Source of the DNA: Lama guanicoe
Taxonomy: Eukaryota
Reading direction: 5' to 3'
DNA length: 64,000 nucleotides
NCBI GenBank assembly: GCA_013239625.1
Contig: MU053482.1
Coordinates: 4,911,775 to 4,975,774 of the forward strand
Both the position numbers and the translations under genes were made by a program. Positions 1 to 11,600 of the stretch are shown here, in pieces. Numbering within the stretch: the first letter of the stretch is position 1; every line of letters begins with the position of its first letter. Below the pieces are notes generated by a model. The model had not been told where the DNA came from and searched no databases. It saw only the letters and a program-made list of their open reading frames with translations.

Positions 1-489
1 GGGGTGGGGGACAAAGGCTGCCGGGAGACCCCAGAGCCTATGAATTGGATTTAGGAACAAGAAGGCCTCTGGAGACTTTGCTGGGGGCAGTTGGGTAGTG
101 GAGGCGTAGGGGGGATTATGAGATTGCGGAGTGAGTGATGGGAGGCGGACAAGTGGAGTCCGTGAGTGTAGCAAACGTCCAAGAAGACTGGCTGGGAAGG
201 ACGCGGGTGGGGTGGGAACTGGTATTAAAAATAGTTTTCTTAAACTGGGAGAGGCTTCAGTGTGTGTGAATACTGATGGAAAAGATCCAGTAGACAAAGA
301 AGTTAATGACACAGGGAAGAGGAGATAATGACCCTTGCGGTGGGGACAGGGGGTGGGGTAGGGGAGGCCAAGTTCTGGTGAGGTGTCAACCTTAGGAAGG
401 AGAAAGGACATCTGTCCTCCTGTGACCAGAGGAGGGTGTCGCCCAGCTAGTCAGCGGCCAAGAGGGAGCTGGGGCTCAGGCTGCCTGTC

Positions 490-1790
490 TTGCTCATTTA
501 TTTATTCATTGATTTATTCAACAGGCATTTAGTGAACATCTACTCTTCACCCAATACAATTCTAGCAAGAAACGAAGTAGGCAGAAATCACTGCTTATCT
601 TCTAGTCAAGGGAGAGAGACACTAAACAAAATAAATGGGGAAATTGTGTCATTTGTTAGAAGGTGGGATATGCTATGAATAAAAATAAAGAGGAATGGAG
701 AGCACTGAGGGTGCAGGTTGCATTTTGAGGAGGATGATGGGTTGCCTCCTTGGTAAGGTGACATTTGGCTTGAAGGCGGGGAGGGAGCAAGCCCTGCTCT
801 GGAGATAGCGTCTCTGAGCCAGGGGCTGAGATGAGGACATGCTGAGGGCCTGGGGACAGCAAGGTGGCCACGTGGTTGGAGCAGAGAGCTGCGGCAGCAC
901 AGGGAGGTAAGGTCACAGGGGTCCTGGAGGATTGTGAAAGCATGATCTGACTGACATTTTAGCAGTCACTTGGCAGCTGTGTTGAGATAGACTGAGGGGT
1001 GGGGTGTGTCAGGAGGGAAAGCAGGGAGTCCAGTAAAGGTCATTTCTACAATCTGGACAAGAGATGATGGTGGCTGGGGCCAGGGTGGCAGCAGAGGAGG
1101 TGGTGACAGGTGCCTAGATTCCTGACATACTTTGAAGGTAGAGCCAAGAGGATTTGCCGATAGCTTGAGTGAAGAGTGGAAGAACGAAAGAAGTCGAGGA
1201 TGCCACTACAGTGTTGAGTTGAGCAAACAAAAGGCCAAGTTGCCATTTATCGAGATGGGAGGACTGTGGGGAAGGCAGGCTTGGGGAGAGGTGGAGATGG
1301 TACCTTCCATCTGGGCATAAGTTTGGTGTGTCTACTGGACATCCACATGGAGATGCCAAGTAAGCAGTGGTGTGTGTGCATCTAGATGCAGAGAAACCAC
1401 CAGACTGGGGAGAGAAATGTCTGCAGTCATTGTTGTCTAGAGTTATTTAAAGCCATGTGACCAGATGAAACCATCAAGGACATGAGTGTAGAAGAGAAGA
1501 GGTTTAAAGACTGAGTCCTGGGACCTTCCAGCACTAAGAGACCAGGATGGGAAAGGGGGAACCCATGAAAGAAACAAAGGGAGAAGGAGATGGCCAGTGG
1601 GGAGGAGGGGGCCAGCCTGTGCTGTTCTGAAAGCTGAGGGAAGAGCTATTTCTAGAAGGAGAGAGTGATCGGCTGGGTCAGAGGCTGCTGGTTGTCATGT
1701 AAATTGAGAACCAAGAATTTATCACTGGGTTTAGCAACTTGATGGACAGGGTGATTTTGACAACAGAGTGAAGAGGTGGGTGGGCCTTCT
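490..1790 (-). mobile_element. Ancient LINE2 fragment
   Basis: L2 3' end in reverse (tcatttatttattcatt...caacaggcatttagtgaacatctac) followed by the purine-rich degenerate L2 body. Confidence 0.7.
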
Positions 1791-2028
1791 GAGCATCACA
1801 GACCCTCCTTTGCCATTGAACAGGACCATGTGTGCGTTGGTGCCCTGCACGCAAGACGTGGGCTCTCAATGCAGGGGCATCTGGCGGGCTAAGTGGTGGG
1901 GCTCCCACAATGGCATCGAGGATGAGGTCCATCTTGGAGTGTCCACCCAGGCCTCTGGAGGAGGAGGGGCAGGCACCCTGTGAGGCTGTTCATTCCCACC
2001 GTCTCCCTAGGCCCTTTTCTCTCCACAG

Positions 2029-2209
2029 ATGAGTCGGCTTCCCCCAAGAAGCCCAAGAATGTCCCGGAGCCTGAGCCTGGGGATGTGGCAGGTGGAGCCG
2101 CCTCTCCCCTGCCCTCAGAGTGGACCTCAGTGAGGATCAGCCCTGGGGAGGACGTGGTTGGGCAGGACGTGCTGGCTGTGCGTGTCCTGGTCACCAGTGA
2201 CGACAGCAG
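2029..2209 (+). CDS. MICAL2: MICAL2 coding exon A (181 bp): (D)ESASPKKPK...[35 protein letters not shown]
   Basis: Acceptor ttttctctccacag|AT and donor CAG|gtaggc; lies within ORF 1980..2213. Confidence 0.92.
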
Positions 2210-5200
2210 GTAGGCTGCTGCTGCTGCTGTAGGAGTGGGGCCGGAAGGGTGGGGCAAGGCTGACGGCATTTGGGGGCCAGTCTTCTCTCCACTCACTTGC
2301 AATGTGACCTCTCTGTGCCTCCATGCCCTCGTCTGTAAAATGGGACCATCCCAAGGGAGCCATAACGATCAAAGAATTAATACGTCAAGGATATAGAATA
2401 ACTCAAACCAGTTCAGGCAACAAAGGCAGACACTCTGGTTCACCTGACTGGCAAGTCCGCGGGTGGTCCTCACTTTGGCAAGGTGGAGCCAGAGGCTTGA
2501 ACAGCTGCTCTCCCTTGCTGCCCCGCTGCGTGTCACATTTACAGCCGTCCACAGAGGGGCCCATGTGTGGGACTCTCAGCTGCTGAGGGTCTCAGCCTAC
2601 ATCCATAAATTCATGTCCACATAGCAAGGTAAGGTGGGCCTCCAACTGGTTCATTGCAAGCCCACCCTTAGGGCCAGTTGGTGAGCAGGACTTGTGTGCT
2701 TGTGACTGGCAGGCTTGGGCAGTTTGCTGGCTAGACAGACGGTCCACCGAAGCTCACAGATGGACCAGGAGCAGTGCCCTAACAGAAAGAAGCATGCTGG
2801 ACGGACACACACACACACACACACAGAATATATATATATATTCGTGAACGTGGCACCAAGCTACAGGTTTTGTGCTTTCCCACCCCAGGACTGTGCTTGT
2901 CCTGCCCCACGGCCCAGGACATCTGCTTCCACTTCCCCGCCACTTGAATTCCTGATGGTTATTTCAGACCCAAGTTAAACATCCCCCCCGTCCTAGGAGT
3001 CTTTTCCTTGCCCTCTTCTATTCCCAAGGGAGGCAAGCAGTATTTAAATGCCTAAAGTTTTAGGCCCAGCATCATCATGACGAGCTCATTATTGCCCTAG
3101 AGAACTTAGGAGTCCTGCTCGGGGATGGGTGCAGTTGAGGACCAGCCTTCCGTGAGTACTTCACTGCACACTTGTGGGGCTGCTTTCACCTGCTCTGATC
3201 TGGGCTCGCCTGCATTCACGTGCCAGGGCTGCCATGAGAACCACAGGTTGGGCTGCGAAAACAACGGAGATGGATTTTCTCATAGTTGTGGAAGTTCCAG
3301 GCCCAAGGTGTCAGCAAGGTTGGCTCCTTCTGGGGGCTGTGAGGGGAGGGTCTGTTCCAAACCCCATTCCTTGGCTTGTCGATGGCCATCTTCACGTGCA
3401 CGTGGTATTTCCCTTCTATGTGTGCCTGAGTCTAAATTTCCTTAGGAAAGTTGTAAGGACACCAGTCATACTGGATGAGGGCCCACCCCAATGACCTCAT
3501 TTTAACTTAATTACCTCTTTAAAGACCTTGTCTCTACAGAGAAAGACAAAGATCATAAGAAGTCGCTTATATGTGGAGTCTTAAAAAAAAGACACAAATT
3601 GTATTTACAAATCAGAGATAGACTCACGGACATAGAAAACAAACTGTGGTTACTGGGGGTGGGGGATGGGGGTGGGGAGGGATAGATTAGGAATTTGGGA
3701 TTAACAGATGCACATGACTATATAAAATAAACAAGGACCTACTGTATAGCACAGGGGGCTATATTCAGTTTCTTGTAATGAGCTGTAATGGAAAAGTATC
3801 TGAAAAAAAAAGTATGTATATGTATATATAACTGAATCACTTTGTTGTACACCTGAAACTAACATTGTAAATAGACCACACTTCAATAAAAAATAAGAAT
3901 TAAAAAAAAATCACTGTCTCTAAAAGCAGTCACATTCTGAGGTGCTAGGGGTTCAGACTTCATATGAATTTGAGGGGACGTAGTTCAGCCTATAACAGCC
4001 CAGGCGGGGTGCCAGGTGCGGAGGCAGCTAACCCGGGGCCCTTGCCCCAGCAGCGATGGGTAGGGCACAGTGTGATGTTAGGCAACTACAAGCCTCCCTG
4101 CTCACCTGCCCTCTCCTTCCTCCTTCCAGCTCCGATGCAGAGTTGGATCCTGGTGGCAGTGAGTTCTCCAGCGTGGAGCCCTGTGACGAGAGACCCCAGC
4201 AGCTGGAACCCCCACAGCTGCCCAAGCCCCTCACCCAGCACGGCTCCCTGAAGGAGGCCCTGACCAGAACAAGCTCTCGGCAGGGCCCCAGGGAGCCCGA
4301 AGCCGTGCATGGTGAGCAGAGAGCCTGCCTGGGTGAGAGATTGGAGGGGGTGGGAGGGGGGTGCTCAGAGACCCTCAGGGCCAGTTTTTCCTCCTGAAGG
4401 ACCAGGTCACAGTAGGTCTGGCCCTCAGGCTCAGAGGCAGTGGAGCTGAGAACTTTGGGGGCTGGAGTGTAAGTGGGGATGAGGCACCTGGACCCAGGCC
4501 CAGCCTCCCTCTGCATGAGAAGCTTTGGAATCTCAAGTGGGAAGGTGGCAGAGGGGCCTGGCTGGCTGTTGTGTGTCACAGGCAGCGATAAGGGGGCCCC
4601 CGGACCCTCTTGCCTGGAGCAGTCTCCTCTGTGACTACCTCCTGAGGGGCCCCTCTGGCATTCCATAGCCCAGGAGGGAAGGGAGGGTGGACTCAGTGGC
4701 TGTTGGACCACATGCAGGCCTGGACAGCAGTTTCCCTGGGGCCACCAGGGGGCAGCACAGGGCCATCACCAGTGCTTGGGGCTTGTGGAATGTACTATAG
4801 TAACTGTTCTTCCACTGAGGGCCTGTGTTGGCCAGGACTTTCAACGTACATGGCCCCGTTTCGTCCTCACATGACCCTGTGAGGTAAGTAACATGAAGCC
4901 CATTTTACAGGGGTGCACACGGACAGAGTGTTTTCTCAAGGACTCACAGCTTAGTTAAGTGGTGTGGCCCAGTGCTGAGAGCTCCACACACCAGGAAGTC
5001 GTTGTCTTTGGCATACCAGCTTGTTTTTAATAAAAGCGGCCTTGAACTGAGTGTTTTGACTTAGTCAAGAGCAACTAGTGACCTCCGGGTTAGAAGAAAC
5101 AGGCTGCATAAATTCACCACTATCAGGACCAATGGCCTTAGCTGCCCCATGAGAGCCAGAGCTCCACTTGTCCTGTGCTTCCCTCTGGTGGCCAACAGCA

Positions 5201-5636
5201 GAACTTCTGCCTGAATCTGGAGATGTTCTCATAATTGATGGTTTCACAAGAAGACGAGGGCTGGGGCCAGAATCCTGGAAACTCTGGATTTACCTCCCAC
5301 ATGAGCTGTTTTTGAAACAAATTGTCATCAAAACACATTTGCTACGTAGCATCTGTGGTACCGTCTAGAGAAGATTAGCACACACCGTGGACAGAGTCTG
5401 AGCACTTGTTTGGGTACTGCTGGGCCCATGCAGGCCTGTCCGTCTCCCTGGGCTCCAGTCCCCTCATTTACAGATAGGAAGCCCACCTTCCTTTCATCCC
5501 TTCCATCCATTTCTCCTCTCTCCTCAATTGCCAGTGGATTTTAGGCAACTTACAAGAAAGACATGACACACATTCTTACTGAAGTGGGCTGGAAAGAGAA
5601 AAATGCCATATGTTATCATTTACATGTGGAATCTAA

Positions 5637-5688
<52 letters not shown>

Positions 5689-8600
5689 CAAAAAATTAAA
5701 AAAACAAGAGTTGACAATTAAAAAAACAAACAAGAAAAGAAAGACATGACACAAAATTGTGTGTCTATCTGTAGGAATGATAAAACCAATGTTAGGAGAT
5801 AGAGACCCCAGAGACCATGATCCTAAACAGCTGCTCTAACAGAATCATAAATTTCATTCTGAGTTTTTTGGCGGCCAGAATTCAAATGGAAATAGACAAT
5901 TATTCCTCATTGTTCACATGGAAAAGATATATTGGTGTGCAGGAGGTCTCAGAGTAGGTTCCACTTTCCCTAATTCTTCACCCTATGGAACTTTTCCAGC
6001 TCAGGTCAACTCGATGCTGTTGAGAGAGATATTCCATCATATCTTAAACAATGGCTCTGCAGAAAATGCAGCCATAGTTTCCCCAAGGCTATTTCAGGTG
6101 CATCCTTTGCTGGCAGGTGAGGGGACCACAGCAAAACCTGACTCAGCTAGAGCACTTCTCCCAGGAGGACAGGGTTGGGTATAGAGATCAAGGCAGTGTG
6201 GCCAAAGCGTTTTGTTTGACAGTCCAGTTTAATTCCAGAATGAGACACAAAGTAGGCAGAGAAGTGGATAGAGCTCACGACTCTCGAGCCATCTTCTGTG
6301 GATTTTGTCTTTGTCCATCCTGGTTTCCATCATGGCCAAGCAGACCACACTGCAGGGTTGAAGTCTCCGGCACCATGTAAGCACCATGCTTTGTGTTACT
6401 GGTGATGGTGAGACCCTCACTTTACCAGATAGTATAGGGTTGGCAGCATATTGTGGATGTTATGGCGCTTCATCAATCATGATTTTCACCTGGATAAATG
6501 GCTCAGCAGTGAGCTGAGGGGATGCTGAAAAAGATCAGGATATTGCTTTAAAAAGACTCCTGGTTTGTACGCCATGCTCCCAGCAGCAGCATTCACAACT
6601 ACCAAAAGGGGAAAGGACCCAAATGTCCATCAGCAGGCGAATAGATAAACAAATTGTGCTATATCCACCCAATGGAATGTTATTCCGCCTCAAAAAGGAA
6701 TGAAATTGTGGCATAGGCTTCAATATGGATGAACCTTGAAGTTATCATGTTAAGTGAACTAAGCCAGACACAAAAGGATAAGTGTTACGTATTTCCACTT
6801 CTATGAGATACCCAGGATAGTTAAAGTCATAGACACGGAAGGTATAGAAAGGTGGCCACCAGGGGCTGGGGGAAGAGCGTAGATGGGGATTATTATTTGA
6901 TGGGGACAGAGTTTCAGTTGGGATGAAGAAGTTCTGGAGAAGGATGGTTGTGATGGTTGCATGATAATGTGAATGTACTTAATGTCACTGAACTGTACAC
7001 TTACAAATGGCTTAAATGATCACTCGTATGTTATCTACACTTTACCATCTGTGAAAAGATTCTGGGACCACCTCAGCTCATCGAGGAACCTATCACCTCC
7101 TCAGCATTCTTTAGCATAGAGCATGCTGGAATGCCCAAGATGTACGAGATGATGGTGTGGAACAGAACACGAGCCCTTGTTATGGAAGCTATAGAAAGTG
7201 CTCAGTAGTGCTCCCCTAAAGCAGCTGGTTCAATGGTTCTTAAAGATCCTATTTAAGAGGCAGATTCCTGGGTTCCCTCATTCAGAGACTCAGATGCCAT
7301 GGGTCTCGGGTGGGGCAAGTACCCGCATTTAGGTCAGCACCTAAATGGTGCTTCCACGCAGGAGGGCCACGTCCTGCACTTTGGGGATCACAGAAGAGCA
7401 GCTTCCGAGCGGCCTGCTGGGTGAGTGAGTTTAAAATGAACACCTGAGCAACTGAATGAGTTGATCTAGTGCCCTGGGTTCTTGGACATAAACCAGTTAC
7501 AGTTAGGAAGGAAATCTGCCCCCAAATTATTCTGATTTAGAAAAACTGGTACTTATGCATTTTTTTCTGGCAATAATTTGATGACAGGATGGTCCGACGG
7601 CCTATGTGTTGTTAGTCTGTGATAATAAAATATCGTCAGCACCACACGGCACAGTAGTACTCCTTTTGCAGCAGGTCATGTGCTAAGGTCTCCAAAAGTA
7701 CTCCCTTAAAATAAATATAAACAAATTAATAAATATAATATAAACTAAAAAGAAGGGAACAGCCCTGCTTTACTCTGCTCAAAATTACTGGATCAAATCA
7801 TTACTGCCCACCCTGTTGTTCCAATTGTGGTAAAACGGTGAGCGTGTGTGCCCTATAAATACCAGTGATGGAAAACCTCTCACGAATTCTAACCGTTTCT
7901 GCTAAGTCCCCTTCCGCAAAGTTAAGAGCCTAGGAGAAGCAGTAAGAGCTTTGAGCGCTCATCTATGTTTCTTGAGAAATGTCTCCGTTGGGTGATTAAG
8001 AGGTTGACCTTAATCAGCAGGATGGTGCTGTGCATGGGGTCTGCTTGCTCCTCATGTAAAACACCCACCCGGCCTGGAAAGCCCCTGACCCGCACTTGAC
8101 AGGGGGAAGTGGACCTACATCATAGGTAGACTGTGGGTCCTGTAATGGGGAGATGGGGAGACGGCACCCTGACCCATCCATCCAGGCTCCCCCTCAAACC
8201 CATGAGATTATGAAAGCAGGCCTGTGGGATGAGGAACCCACCAGCCGGAGCAGGCTCAAAGTTCTCCAAATGTGTGAGGGAGGGAGGGGAGCCAAGGATC
8301 TAAGGAATTTAGAGATCTTGTCCTAAAGAAGGGAAGCCTTCGAGTAGTGGTTGATACCTGCGCTCCACAGCCTGGCTGGTAGGAGCTGACGCCCAGCTCT
8401 GAGCGCTGGCAGGGTGGGGACTCTGGGATTTCCTATGGGGCGGCCAGGGGGAGGTGTGGCTGGGCCTCGGATTCAGAGAGGCCTGCATTCAAACCTTCCC
8501 TCCCCCCACTCTCCCACGCTCACATCAGCCTTGTGGGCCCTCTCTCCTTCCATGCCTTCTGTTCCCACCTATGTGAGCCATTCAGGTGTGCCTCAGCCCC

Positions 8601-11600
8601 ATCCTTCTCTCCAGCGTGATGGAACCACCATCACAAAGGCCTGAGGCCAACTGTGAGGGCTCAGTGTGGGAAGGGGTACCTTTGCATCCCACTGGCCCTC
8701 TCATGTCCCAGACGGCCAAGACCCATTTCTTCTGCCCATGATGTTCGTTCCCCTCAGCTGATTCTCAAGGCCCAGCTGGGTGGAAGGTCTTCCAGAACGC
8801 AGCCCACAACATCCTGTAGATGTGTTTCCAGTAGAACCAGGCCAAAAGGCAGGGTGGTGGCAATGGATGGTCCAGGGGTTCAGTTAAAACTGGTTCCCAA
8901 AGGATTTTCAGGGCTCTTGGGGTAATGGGGAGAGAGGGTGGAGCTTTCTGCAGCTTCCAGGCTTCAATGAGAGCAGCTCTGGTTTATCTATGACACATGT
9001 GGGACGTTGATGTGAGACTTCAGCCTTGAAGAACTGCTCTGCTAAAAGCAAACATGTTATATATGCATATCCATGTATACATATGTGTGTATAGACACGT
9101 ATGCACAGATGCCTGTGAATAATGGGTGAGTCAGATGATGCCTCATTGTTTGCAATATTTGCTGAAAGAAGGCAATACCTGTCTCAGCAGGGTCTCAGTA
9201 AATTTTGGCTTGTTTGTAATTAGGTAATTAGGTTTGTTTGGCTATTAACTGAGTTTTAGTGGAGGTACTGGGGATTGAACCCAGGACCTCGTGCATGCTA
9301 AGCACACGCTCTACCACTGAGCTATACCCATCCACCCTCAATAAATATTTAATGAATGAATGAATGAAAAGTTGAAAGTGCATGTTACAAAGACAGGGAG
9401 GTGCAGTCTGAGGAAAGGAAGGGGCTCAGTCAATTATGACCATTAGTCTGTTAACTTTTGCTCAATGGACCACAGAAAACTCCCTGCTTATTCTACCCAG
9501 TTAAGAGACTCCCCTACCATTTTCTTTTTTCCACCACAGCTCTGAAGCGAGCCAACAGCCTCCAGTCTCCAACTCCCAGCAGATGCCAAAGCTGGAGGAG
9601 AAAATTCCAGTCGAATGAGTCATGAGCTCCTTGGGGTTGGGGCTGTGGGCAAGGGTGGGCAGAGTTGTCTGATTAATTCTCAGGGGCAGCTGTTCTCACT
9701 CCTCGCATGTCCTCTCTGAGCTGGCCTCCTGGATGTGAGGGGCAAGGAAAGAAATGTAAGCTTGACTCTCTTTCTGCTGCTGACTGGAGGAAGGAATTTC
9801 CAAGGGATTTGCTACCTTCCCTTCCCCCTCAGCTGCCCGCTCTGGAGTCATGGAGCCTTAGCACTACAATTGCACTTGAAAGGGACCTTAGCAATCATCA
9901 GCGCCAAGCTGCTTGAAACACAGATGAGAAAACAGGCACAGAGGCTTTATTTTGACTGAGTATTAGGCTGGGGGCATCAGCTTAACCTTTGCAGTAGCGA
10001 GCAAAGCAATGAAGGAACCCAAGCACACACGCATGTACACACACACACACACACACACACATACAAACGCACAAATACACACTCCCCTGCTCCTTTTTCT
10101 AAGCAGGCTGTTGTCCCACATCCGAGGGAAGAGCAGGTGAGTGTGGACCAGGGCCTGTGGTGGGTGCCAAGGCAGCCAGTTCCCACCAGATAGTGCAGCA
10201 ACCACATGCACAGCTGCTTGGCATCCCAGGCCTGGCACCTTCCTGGGGCTGCCCCAGTTACAGAGCAGGGGTTTCCTCTTCCATCCTGAGAGAGGAGCAG
10301 AGAGTTGTCACTTGATTCCAAGTCCATTGCTGCCTTCCACCTTCTCCTGCCTCACACTCCCTCTCCAGACTTTGCTGTAAGAGAGGTGGACCCAGGAAAT
10401 CCTTGGGTTAGACAAAAGTTTCTAAAAAAAGAAACACTGGAGTTGGGACAGCGTGCTAGTTTAGCTGACTCCTTCCTTTTGAGTCACCGCTGACTCCTGG
10501 CCAGTGAGTCATTCTCCCAGCAACTGGTAGACCCGCAGTCCCGCTCAATGGGGCCAGGCTGGGACGAGGGCACCTCAGCAAGTGGGCCAGGGCTGCACAC
10601 CTGGGCAGGCCGCATCCCCCGGGACAACCTAAAATGACTCTTGAACCATCTTGCCGTCCCAGGCGGTAAGGGCAAGGGGAGGAGACGACGTTTATGGAAG
10701 GCCTGGGCCGGGCTCTTTCCGTAGGTCACCTCATTTACTCTCCTACCTCACCCGTCCCGGTCACAGGAGTTCTGCTTCTGTGGTTGGTCCATGTGGGTGC
10801 AGAGTCCATCTAATGCTTCCAGCTGACTTTACTGAGTACCACCGGTGTGAGGGGCCCAGGCTCACCCTCAAGAAGTTGCCAGTCTGCAGTGAGAGCAGGG
10901 AATCTGGTGGGGGACCCTCCCAGCAGGGTGGGGGATGCTGGAGGAGGCACAGGAGAGAGGGGACTGCTAACCAGCAGCGTGGTTTCTGGGGTGGGTCTGA
11001 GGACTTCAGCTGTGTCTTTAGTTATCCGGAAAGTATCAGGTGTTGGTTTTCAAGTCTATAAAAAGGCTGGTTTGAGGGTAGGCCTTGAATTTGAATCATT
11101 TCTATGGATTTAGTACCTAGCATGGGCCTGGAACAGAGAAGACACTCAGTCCTTACTTGCCGAATGAATGAATGAATGAACGAACGAACTAATGAACGAA
11201 CAAACAAACAATGAATGAACTTACCAAAGAACCAGGGAACAAGCAGATTGGCCTGAGCGCAGGAACAAATGCCGCTTGTGGGTTCAGCCTGAGCAGCTGC
11301 CGCCCCTAGAGGGCACTCCAAGGCTTTGGGAGGATTTGAGCATTGCCTAAGCTCCAAATTCTGGGAAGCTGCACCCAGCAATCAGTCTTCGTGAAAACCC
11401 CCAGAGCCATCACTTCAATCACCTTTGTTTTGCCCAAAAAGGAACCCCAATAGGTGAGGTTGGTCCTTTAGGAGAGAGCAGATTTTGGGTTACCAACTCC
11501 TCCATCCCTTCACTGCCCCGTTTCAGCTGGCTCTGGCCCCGGCCCCAGGCAGGGAGATGGAGGCGGCTGCTTAACACCCTCCCCCAGCTGACCATACTCA

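Noticed and set aside
4028..4711. 227-aa minus-strand ORF (also the 230-aa ORF at 12112..12804)
   Set aside because: Low-complexity P/G/S-rich translations in GC-rich DNA with no recognisable domain.
9260..9329. Bona fide tRNA-Ala(AGC) gene
   Set aside because: It has a SINE tail and near-TSD, interrupts an L2 tail, and three diverged siblings occur in the window, so I called it a SINE.
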